64,000 bases of DNA, from assembly GCA_024235835.1 (NCBI GenBank), contig JACKLQ010000004.1, positions 101,132 to 165,131 of the forward strand, written 5' to 3'. Position 1 is the first letter of the stretch; each line of letters starts with the position of its first letter. A program made the position numbers and the translations under genes. Shown in pieces: positions 53,492-60,956 of the stretch. Source of the DNA: Thiobacillus sp. (GTDB taxonomy: Bacteria > Pseudomonadota > Gammaproteobacteria > Burkholderiales > Thiobacillaceae). The notes under the pieces were generated by a model. The model was not told the DNA's origin, made no database searches, and saw only the letters and a list, made by a program, of their open reading frames with translations.

Positions 53492-53734
53492 ATGGACCTA
53501 CACACTTCAATCGCGAAATTCAGAAATCCTTATGGCAATCAGGAAATCGAATTGCAGGAGGTCCGCTTCGAGGCAGGTGGTACGCCCATGATGCGCCTGC
53601 GGATACGAGAGAGGGGCGCCCGCTTCACCATATTCGACATCGATCCCGTGACCGCCAAATATTGGGCGGACGAGATGCTCAAGTGGGCCACCCCTTTGGC
53701 CTGTCAAACACAGTCAACCGAGCCCGGAGCCTGA
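53492..53734 (+). CDS. Hypothetical 80-aa protein
   Basis: First ORF divergent from dsrA, 3 nt before the Cas6-like gene. No motif recognised. Confidence 0.6.
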   Translation: MDLHTSIAKFRNPYGNQEIELQEVRFEAGGTPMMRLRIRERGARFTIFDIDPVTAKYWADEMLKWATPLACQTQSTEPGA

Positions 53735-53737
53735 CCC

Positions 53738-54388
53738 ATGCGCCTTTTCAGCCCCGAATGGGAGGCCATAAAAGAATTCCAGCACACCGCCAGCGTGCGT
53801 GATGTCCAGTTCGATCTCATGGGCCAGGAACTGCCTGAGGATCACGGCCATATTTTATATGAGACCCTGCTGGTCCACCTGCCTTGGCTGAAGGACATAC
53901 CCGAAGCCGGCATTCACGCCATACATGGCGCCCCTTCCGGTCGAGGCACCCTGATCATCAACCGCCGCGCGAAGCTGGTTCTGCGCCTTCCCATTCTCCG
54001 CCTTGCGGATGCCCGGGTGCTTGTGGATAAGGTCATTGACCTGGGCTGTGGCGTCATCCATATCGGGGGCTTGAAAGAAAAACCCCTGATGCCATTTAAC
54101 TACTTGTATTCCCCCTTGGTGGACATGGGCACGACGGATGAAGCCGTGTTCTTGGCTAGGGTCAGGACCAGCCTGGATGAATTGGGCGTGCAGGGAGGAC
54201 TGATCCCAGGCAAGCAACGTAAAATGCATACCTCGGATGGGGACATCGGCGGCTACAGCCTGATGCTGCATGACGTCACCCTGGCCCATTCCATCACCGT
54301 TCAGGAGAAGGGAATAGGCAGGAACCACTTGATGGGCTGCGGTATTTTCGTGGCGCACAAATCGATCAAGGAAGTAGCGGAGGGCTGA
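53738..54388 (+). CDS. Cas6/Cmx6-like RAMP-superfamily protein (orphan, no CRISPR context)
   Basis: VQFDLMGQELPEDHGHILYETLL...GIHAIHG resembles the Cmx6-type Cas6 N-terminus as I remember it. The C-terminal GIGRNHLMGCGIF fits the RAMP glycine loop G-h-G-x5-G-h-G. That it is a gene is likely; the family call is from memory. Confidence 0.6.
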   Translation: MRLFSPEWEAIKEFQHTASVRDVQFDLMGQELPEDHGHILYETLLVHLPWLKDIPEAGIHAIHGAPSGRGTLIINRRAKLVLRLPILRLADARVLVDKVIDLGCGVIHIGGLKEKPLMPFNYLYSPLVDMGTTDEAVFLARVRTSLDELGVQGGLIPGKQRKMHTSDGDIGGYSLMLHDVTLAHSITVQEKGIGRNHLMGCGIFVAHKSIKEVAEG

Positions 54389-54448
54389 GCGATCGACCCC
54401 ACGCGTTTGTTATCAACTTGTCTCTTAACTCGTGCAAAGGAGAAAACA

Positions 54449-54781
54449 ATGGGATACATCGTTAACGGCGAAGAACTGGAAACCGACGAAGAAGGCTTCC
54501 TGACCGAGGCCAATTTCAGTGACGACGTGGTGCCGGTCATCGCCGAGTCCGAAAAGATCGCCCTGACCGACCAGCATTGGCAAGTCGTGAAGTTCATGCG
54601 TGAGCGCTATCAGGAAGACGGGCATACCCCCAACTTCCGCAACATGGTGGCCATGCTGACGGACGAGGATGACAGCGTGGACTGGAAGAAAGTCCTGTAT
54701 GAACTCTTCCCCCTGCAGCCCAACCGCCAGTCCGCCAAGGTGGCCGGCCTGCCCAAGCCCTTCGGCAAGGGCGGCTACTAA
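54449..54781 (+). CDS. DsrC/TusE-family protein lacking both arm cysteines
   Basis: Aligns with DsrC along its length (EEGFL...WQVVKFMRERYQEDG...LYELFP...GLPKP). The arm reads QSAKVAGLPKPFGKGGY, whereas DsrC reads QACKIGGLPKPTGCI. AAGGAG RBS. Confidence 0.85.
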   Translation: MGYIVNGEELETDEEGFLTEANFSDDVVPVIAESEKIALTDQHWQVVKFMRERYQEDGHTPNFRNMVAMLTDEDDSVDWKKVLYELFPLQPNRQSAKVAGLPKPFGKGGY

Positions 54782-54849
54782 GCCTTGAGTTGAGAGCCGA
54801 GCGCCGGGGCAAGCCCTGGCGCTCCACTCTCCACTCCGGCTCCACCGAC

Positions 54850-55698
54850 ATGTTTTCCAATACCCTCGTTTCCACCGAAGACCTGGCCAAGCATCTGGAC
54901 GATCCCAACTGGATCGTGTTCGACTGCCGCTTTACCCTCACCGACCCGGAAGGCGGACGCCGGCTGTACGAGAAGAACCACATCCCCGGTGCCCGCTACG
55001 CCCACCTGGATGATGACCTCTCCGCCCCCATCACGGACGCCACGGGCCGCCATCCCCTCCCCTCCCCGGAAGCCTTCGCGGAAAAGGTCTGCGGCTGGGG
55101 CGTGGGCGTCAACAAGCAGGTGGTGGTGTACGACGACAGCTTCGGCGCCATGGCCGTGCGCATGTGGTGGATGCTGCGCTGGCTGGGCCACCCGGGCGTG
55201 GCCCTGCTGGACGGCGGCTTTCCCAAGTGGCAGCGGGAACAGCGCCCTCTGACCACCGTGGTGCCGGAAACCCGCAAGGGCAGTTGCGCCTGCCTGCCGG
55301 AGCACTCCCAGATCGTGAACGCCGATGACGTCCTGCGGGCCAGCCAGACGGGTGACGCCCTCATCATCGATGCCCGCCCGGAACGCCGCTTCACCGGCGA
55401 GTACGAACCCCTGGACCTGGTGGCAGGCCACATCCCCGGCTCCATCAACTGGTCCTTCGAGGAAAATCTGGACATCGACGGCACTCTCCTGCCGCCCGAG
55501 GCCCTGCGGGAGAACTACCAGGCCCTGCTGAAAGGGCGCGCGCCATGGCAGGTTATCCATTCCTGCGGCTCCGGCGTCACTGCCTGCCACAACCTGCTGG
55601 CCATGGAGGTGGCTGGACTGCCCGGGTCCCGCCTCTATCCGGGTTCCTGGAGCGAATGGATACGCGATCCCTCCCGTCCGGTGGCCACCGGCGAATAA
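54850..55698 (+). CDS. Tandem-rhodanese sulfurtransferase (SseA/3-mercaptopyruvate-thiosulfate type)
   Basis: Two rhodanese modules with the active-site loop CGSGVTAC in the second. Start trimmed to MFSNTLVSTEDL. Confidence 0.88.
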   Translation: MFSNTLVSTEDLAKHLDDPNWIVFDCRFTLTDPEGGRRLYEKNHIPGARYAHLDDDLSAPITDATGRHPLPSPEAFAEKVCGWGVGVNKQVVVYDDSFGAMAVRMWWMLRWLGHPGVALLDGGFPKWQREQRPLTTVVPETRKGSCACLPEHSQIVNADDVLRASQTGDALIIDARPERRFTGEYEPLDLVAGHIPGSINWSFEENLDIDGTLLPPEALRENYQALLKGRAPWQVIHSCGSGVTACHNLLAMEVAGLPGSRLYPGSWSEWIRDPSRPVATGE

Positions 55699-55718
55699 GG
55701 AAAGAACAAGGAGCGCCC

Positions 55719-56315
55719 ATGGTCAAACCCGTACGCGTACGCACATCCTGGTTCAAGCAGGAAGGTGAGCGACCCAGCCATGAGGTGGCCTCGGTGCTGG
55801 CTTCCACCGTATGGCGCCTGGCAGACAAGGCCGTGGAAAACCTGTCCAAGGCCGACTACGACATCGTTACGCCCCAGCGGGGCTTCCGCATCATCGGCGA
55901 ACTGGCCTGCTTCCTGGTCCACTATGGGGACCGCCTGGTGTACGGCCGGGTGACAGAGGAAAAACGGGCGGAAATCGTTACTGCCATTGCGCTGCGCGTG
56001 GCCGAGATCATGGAAGACAACATCCTGGACTTCACCGGTGGACAGAAAGACCCGGAATACGACTACAAGCAGGGCTTCATCGACCTGCTCAACACCCGCA
56101 TGGCGGACTACTCCGTATTTGAATTCCCTGTAGATAAGGCCAGCTTCCAGGCCCTGCGCTTTCTCTCTCTGCAAATCCGGGACGTGATGGAAGACAGCGA
56201 CAAGAGCTGGATCCAGGATCAACTCATGGACATCGAAGTCCCCGAGATGATGGGTACCGTGAAGAAGAGCGTGGACGGTTTCTACCCCCCTGCCCCTGCC
56301 GTGGACGCCCAATAG
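55719..56315 (+). CDS. Hypothetical 198-aa cytoplasmic protein
   Basis: AAGGAG RBS before the ATG at 55719. It is tightly spaced between the rhodanese and TauD-like genes. No family recognised. Confidence 0.65.
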   Translation: MVKPVRVRTSWFKQEGERPSHEVASVLASTVWRLADKAVENLSKADYDIVTPQRGFRIIGELACFLVHYGDRLVYGRVTEEKRAEIVTAIALRVAEIMEDNILDFTGGQKDPEYDYKQGFIDLLNTRMADYSVFEFPVDKASFQALRFLSLQIRDVMEDSDKSWIQDQLMDIEVPEMMGTVKKSVDGFYPPAPAVDAQ

Positions 56316-56329
56316 CCCCGGCGAACACC

Positions 56330-57259
56330 ATGATTCCAGCAGACAGCCCCTTCCACCCGGACAACGGAGAGGCATACGCCTCCTGGCGCGCTGCCAAGCT
56401 GGCTCACTATCCCACCGACCCATCCGACCTGGTGGTGCACGTGGCCGATCCTGCTCGCCTCAGCGACTCGGAATACGAGGCCCTCTGGCGATGCATCGCC
56501 AAAACCAACATGGTGGTGTACGCCACCCCCGACGGCGAAAAGGAGGACAAGTCCATCCCGCGCCTGATCGCCGAGCAGTTCGGCCTGTCCCACCTTGACG
56601 CCAACTGGCTCTCCGACGAGGACGGCATATCCAGCCTGACCCCACGGGACGATGGCACCAGCGAAGTGATGGAACGCAAGCCCGGCACGGATCCGGGCAA
56701 GCGGGGCGACTACATCCCCTACACCCACCACCGCATCCGCTGGCACACGGACGGCTACTACAACCCGCCGGAGCGGCGCATCTACGCCATGGGGCTCCAT
56801 TGCGTGCGCCAGGCGGACGCGGGGGGCGAGAACGATCTTTACGACCACGAACTGGCCTTCATCGCCCTGCGGGACGCGAACCCGGATCACATCCGCGCCC
56901 TCATGGCCGAGGACGCCATGACCATCCCCGCCCGGGTGGATGACATGGGCGTAGCCCGGGGCGATGAAACAGGGCCCGCAATGTTGGTGGACAGAGGCCA
57001 GTTGCACCTGCGTTATACCGCCCGCACCAAGAGCATCGGCTGGAAACAGGATACCGACACCCAGGCAGCCCTGGCCGCCTTGGAGGACCTGCTGGGCAGC
57101 AAGCCTTTCGGGGCCTATACCCTGAGGCTGGAACCGGGCATGGGGGTGCTGTGCAACAACGTGCTACATACCCGGGCGGGTTTCAGCGACCGGCCGGAAC
57201 ACCGGCGTCTGCTCTACCGCGCCCGCTACCACGACCACCTGCGCAACCTGCGCGGCTAG
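56330..57259 (+). CDS. TauD/TfdA-family Fe(II)/2-oxoglutarate-dependent dioxygenase-like protein
   Basis: HTDGYY (H-x-D) and a distal His in NNVLHTRAGF with a following Arg. The size fits the family. Confidence 0.7.
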   Translation: MIPADSPFHPDNGEAYASWRAAKLAHYPTDPSDLVVHVADPARLSDSEYEALWRCIAKTNMVVYATPDGEKEDKSIPRLIAEQFGLSHLDANWLSDEDGISSLTPRDDGTSEVMERKPGTDPGKRGDYIPYTHHRIRWHTDGYYNPPERRIYAMGLHCVRQADAGGENDLYDHELAFIALRDANPDHIRALMAEDAMTIPARVDDMGVARGDETGPAMLVDRGQLHLRYTARTKSIGWKQDTDTQAALAALEDLLGSKPFGAYTLRLEPGMGVLCNNVLHTRAGFSDRPEHRRLLYRARYHDHLRNLRG

Positions 57260-57269
57260 GCTTTCCTGT

Positions 57270-57953
57270 TCAGTTCCGCTTGCCGTCCAGGCCGGGGCTG
57301 AGCCTGTGCTCCACTGCAAACACCGCCGCCTCCACCCGGGATGACAGGTTCAACTTGGCCAGGATGTGGCGCACGTGGAGCTTCACCGTGTCGTAGCTGA
57401 TGTCCAGCTGGCGGGCGATGGCCTTGTTGCTCTCGCCCCGGGCCAGATGGGTGAGGATCTCCCGCTCCCGTTGGGTCAGGGTCTCCAGCAGGGGCACATC
57501 GCTGTTGCCCTTGTTGTCCAGTAGTTTCACCAGTTTCGCGGTCATGGCGGGGGCCACCACGGTTTCGCCCCTGGCCGCCCGGGCGATGGCGTCCAGCACC
57601 TCGTCCGGCTCCATGCTCTTGAGGAGATAGCCGTTGGCGCCGGAGCGCAGGGCCCGGGCCATGTCCTCTTCCGCCTCGCTCACGGTGAGCATCAGCACGG
57701 GCAGGGTGAACCCCTCGCCCCGCAGTTCCTGCATCACGTTGATGCCGTCCGTCCCTCCCAGATTCAGGTCCAGCAACAGCACATCCGGCCTGTGCTGGCG
57801 CAGCAGGTCGGGCACTGCCTCGGGGTTTCCCGTGATGGCCGCCACGCTTACGGCACCTTCACGCTCCAGCAGCTCCGCCAGGCCCTTGCGGAACAGGGTA
57901 TGGTCATCCACCAGGACGATGTGGAGCACGGTGGACGGGGCGGCTATGGTCAT
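57270..57953 (-). CDS. NarL/FixJ-type response regulator (REC + LuxR HTH)
   Basis: VLVDDH...DVLLLDLNLGG receiver domain. C-terminal LTQREREILTHLARGESNKAIARQLDISYDTVKLHVRHILAKL. Confidence 0.92.
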   Translation of the reverse strand: MTIAAPSTVLHIVLVDDHTLFRKGLAELLEREGAVSVAAITGNPEAVPDLLRQHRPDVLLLDLNLGGTDGINVMQELRGEGFTLPVLMLTVSEAEEDMARALRSGANGYLLKSMEPDEVLDAIARAARGETVVAPAMTAKLVKLLDNKGNSDVPLLETLTQREREILTHLARGESNKAIARQLDISYDTVKLHVRHILAKLNLSSRVEAAVFAVEHRLSPGLDGKRN

Positions 57954-59212
57954 GACTTCTCTTCCACTGCATGGCGTGAGGGGAAGGTAAGACGCACTAT
58001 GGTGCCCCCCGCTGGCCGGCTCTCGATGGAAAGGCGACCGTTCAGCTTGGCGGCCCGTTCCCGCATGATGGTCAGGCCGAAGCTCTTGCCCATGTTGGAA
58101 GTGGCGTTCTGCTGCAGACCCACGCCGTCATCCGCCACGTTCACAACGTACTGGTCGTCCTGAAGGTCCAGGGTTACCACCACGTGACGGGCCCGGGCGT
58201 GCTTGCAGATGTTGTAGAGGGACTCCTGGATGATGTGGTAGACCTGAATCTCGTCTTCGGGGGCCAGCACCACGTCCTGGGCCACGTTCAGGAAGTCCAC
58301 ATCGGCATTGGCCTTCTTGCTGAAGCTCTCGGCCAGTTCCTGCAGGGCCGGCACCAGTCCCCGGGGGTCGATGCGATCCCTGAACTGGGTGATCAGGTTG
58401 CGCAGCTCCGAATAGGCCATGTCCACGGCCTCCTCCACGTCGCCCAGGTAGCGGTTGGCCTTGGCCTCGTCGCCATCCACCATGGCCTCGCTCAACACGG
58501 ACAGGCGCATCTTGGCGTAAGCCAGGGTCTGGGCCAGTGAATCGTGGATCTGGTTGGCCAGCATGGTGCGTTCGTTCATCAGGGAGATACGCATGTTCTC
58601 GCGGGTGAGTCGGCTGTTCTCCAGGGCCATGCCCAAGTGTTCGCTGATGGAGTTGAACAGGTAGCGGATGTCCTCCGGAAGGGGCTCCGGATTGTCCATG
58701 AACAGGTTGTAAACCCCCATTACCTTGCCCTTGTGGCGCATGGGCACGGCGTAGACCGTGCTGCAGTGCTGGGCGTAATACAGATGGCGCACCTGCTTCT
58801 GGCACACCTCCATGACGCCCTCAAAATGGGCGCTTTGCGTCAGAGTAGCCTTGCCGCAGATGCCACATTCCAGGGGGACGTAACGCTCCCGCTCCACCAG
58901 GGCGGGGGCAAGGCCGATGGAACCGGCCAGACGCAGATGGGCCCCATCGGCGGTGAGTACCCGCACTGCACCGGCCCTGGCTCCGGAGATGCGCACCATG
59001 ATCTCCAGGAAGCGCATGAGCATCTGTTCCGTGTTGGCATCGGAGTTCATGCTGCTGGCGATCTCCGCCAGCACCTCGATGACAGGAAGACGATCTCCCT
59101 CGGCTTGCATTCCACCGTCGGGGATGGACGTGCGGCTGATACTGGTGACAGGAATGTTTTGGACGTCCACGAACTGGCTCTGGTGGCTGTGGCGGGTGAG
59201 GCAATTCCACAT
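57950..59212 (-). CDS. Soluble GAF-domain sensor histidine kinase (HisKA_3/NarX-type transmitter)
   Basis: No TM segments. A GAF-like N-terminal half carries C-x2-C-x21-C-x13-C. H-box HDSLAQTLAY and an HATPase_c domain follow. It overlaps the regulator gene by ATGA. Confidence 0.85.
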   Translation of the reverse strand: MWNCLTRHSHQSQFVDVQNIPVTSISRTSIPDGGMQAEGDRLPVIEVLAEIASSMNSDANTEQMLMRFLEIMVRISGARAGAVRVLTADGAHLRLAGSIGLAPALVERERYVPLECGICGKATLTQSAHFEGVMEVCQKQVRHLYYAQHCSTVYAVPMRHKGKVMGVYNLFMDNPEPLPEDIRYLFNSISEHLGMALENSRLTRENMRISLMNERTMLANQIHDSLAQTLAYAKMRLSVLSEAMVDGDEAKANRYLGDVEEAVDMAYSELRNLITQFRDRIDPRGLVPALQELAESFSKKANADVDFLNVAQDVVLAPEDEIQVYHIIQESLYNICKHARARHVVVTLDLQDDQYVVNVADDGVGLQQNATSNMGKSFGLTIMRERAAKLNGRLSIESRPAGGTIVRLTFPSRHAVEEKS

Positions 59213-59256
59213 GTTAAGTGGCTGCCCCCATGGGGAGCAATGCCACTGTTGGACAA

Positions 59257-60504
59257 TCAGAAGGTCTGTGCCACCTTGTTGCGGGCCAGAGGCGGATTCT
59301 TGTCGAAATAACGCTTGATGCCGTCGACGATGGCACTCGCCATCTTGTCCTGATAAGCCTCGTCGTTAAGTCGTTTTTCCTCTTCCGGGTTGGAGATGAA
59401 GGCAGTCTCCACAAGGATGGACGGAATGTCCGGCGCCTTGAGCACGGCGAATCCGGCCTGTTCCACGTGGGGCTTGTGCAACTGGTTGATCTCCCCCAAC
59501 TGGTCCAGCACGGCCTTGCCAAGTTTCAGGCTGTCGGAGATCTGGGCCGTCTGGGACAGGTCGATGAGGGTCTGCTTGAGATAGACATCCTTCACGTCGA
59601 TGTTCACGCCGCCAATGAGATCCGCGTCGTTCTCGTGCTTGGCAAGCCACTTGGCCGCCGCCGATGTGGCGCCTTTCTCGGACAGGGCAAAGACCGAGGA
59701 GCCCCGGGCGTTAGGTTTGATGAAGGCGTCCGCGTGCACCGATACGAACAGGTCCGCCTGGACGCGGCGGGCCTTGTTGACCCGCTCGTGCAGCGGAATG
59801 AAGTAGTCCCCATCCCGAGTTAGATAAGCTCGCATTCCGGGCTGCTGATCGATCATCGCCTTCAGGCGTCGGGCGATGGAAAGGGTGATGTCCTTCTCAT
59901 GGGATCCGTTGGCGCCCCGGGCCCCAGGGTCCTCACCGCCATGGCCCGCATCGATGGCCACCGTGACCAGACGCATGTAGTCCTGCTGTCTGGCGACCTT
60001 CAACGCAGATCCATCCTTGCCAGTCGGCTTGGCCTCGGGCTCCCGGGTGCCATCCGCCTGGGCGATGGCACGTTCCACCTGCTGCTCGACAGCGTCGCCC
60101 CGGGCCGGATAGAGGTCCAGCACCAAGCGGTATCCATAGTCGCCCATGGGTTTGAGGCTGAACACCTGGGGCCGTACTTCGTTCTTCAGTTCCACCACCA
60201 CCCTGGTCACGCCGGGACGGTTGCGCGCCGCGCGGATTACGGAGATGTACTGGTCATGGGGGGAGATCTTGTCGACCAGGGCCTCCATCATGGCGTCAGC
60301 GCCTACGCCCTCCATATCCAGCACCAGGCGGTTGGGGCCAGAGAGTGTGAAGTACTTGTAGGTCACCTCCCCGTCAAACTCCATGGCCACTCGGCTGTAA
60401 TCGGGGGACGGCCAGATGCGCACCGCCTTCACGCCGGCAGCGTGAACTGCCGAGTGCAAGATCATGTTCGCCAGAGCTATCAGGACGACAATCGCGAAAC
60501 GCAT
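59257..60504 (-). CDS. amiC: N-acetylmuramoyl-L-alanine amidase (AMIN + amidase_3), AmiC-like
   Basis: Signal peptide, an AMIN domain (VRIWPSPDYSRVAMEF), then IDAGHGGEDPGA...VSVHADA. GGAGGGAGGA RBS before the ATG at 60504. Confidence 0.9.
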   Translation of the reverse strand: MRFAIVVLIALANMILHSAVHAAGVKAVRIWPSPDYSRVAMEFDGEVTYKYFTLSGPNRLVLDMEGVGADAMMEALVDKISPHDQYISVIRAARNRPGVTRVVVELKNEVRPQVFSLKPMGDYGYRLVLDLYPARGDAVEQQVERAIAQADGTREPEAKPTGKDGSALKVARQQDYMRLVTVAIDAGHGGEDPGARGANGSHEKDITLSIARRLKAMIDQQPGMRAYLTRDGDYFIPLHERVNKARRVQADLFVSVHADAFIKPNARGSSVFALSEKGATSAAAKWLAKHENDADLIGGVNIDVKDVYLKQTLIDLSQTAQISDSLKLGKAVLDQLGEINQLHKPHVEQAGFAVLKAPDIPSILVETAFISNPEEEKRLNDEAYQDKMASAIVDGIKRYFDKNPPLARNKVAQTF

Positions 60505-60956
60505 GCCTTTCCTCCCTCCGTCAGTCCAGACAGCCGGGCACGCCGCCCGGCATCGGTGAATTCCAGCCTGACTTGCAAATCCGGCGGGGGCAAAACCCCC
60601 TTGGCCTTTTCCGGCCACTCGACCAGGCAAACGCTGGCGTCATTGAAGTATTCTCGAAATCCTGCGTCTTCCCACTCATCCGAATCCGCAATCCGATACA
60701 AATCAAAGTGATATAGATTAAATCGCGAAAGCGCATAAAGTTCAACCAAAGTATAGGTCGGACTTTTCACCCTGCCCGGAAAACCCAGTCCCCGTAACAG
60801 CCCCCGAGCCAGGGTAGTCTTGCCGGCCCCCAGATCCCCCTCCAACCACACGCACAGCCCCGGAGCCAGGGCCTGGCCCAGGCGCGCGCCCAAAGCCAGG
60901 GTGGCACTCTCGCCGTCCAGATCCAAGGTCAGGCTATCATCGCCCCCATGCCTCAC
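60480..60956 (-). CDS. tsaE: tRNA t6A biosynthesis ATPase TsaE
   Basis: GESATLALGARLG...WLEGDLGAGKTTLARGLLRGLG...SPTYTLVELY...HFDLYR. Only the last 158 codons of the 498-aa track ORF are used. The GTG start at 60956 is tentative. Confidence 0.8.
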   Translation of the reverse strand: MRHGGDDSLTLDLDGESATLALGARLGQALAPGLCVWLEGDLGAGKTTLARGLLRGLGFPGRVKSPTYTLVELYALSRFNLYHFDLYRIADSDEWEDAGFREYFNDASVCLVEWPEKAKGVLPPPDLQVRLEFTDAGRRARLSGLTEGGKACVSRLSS

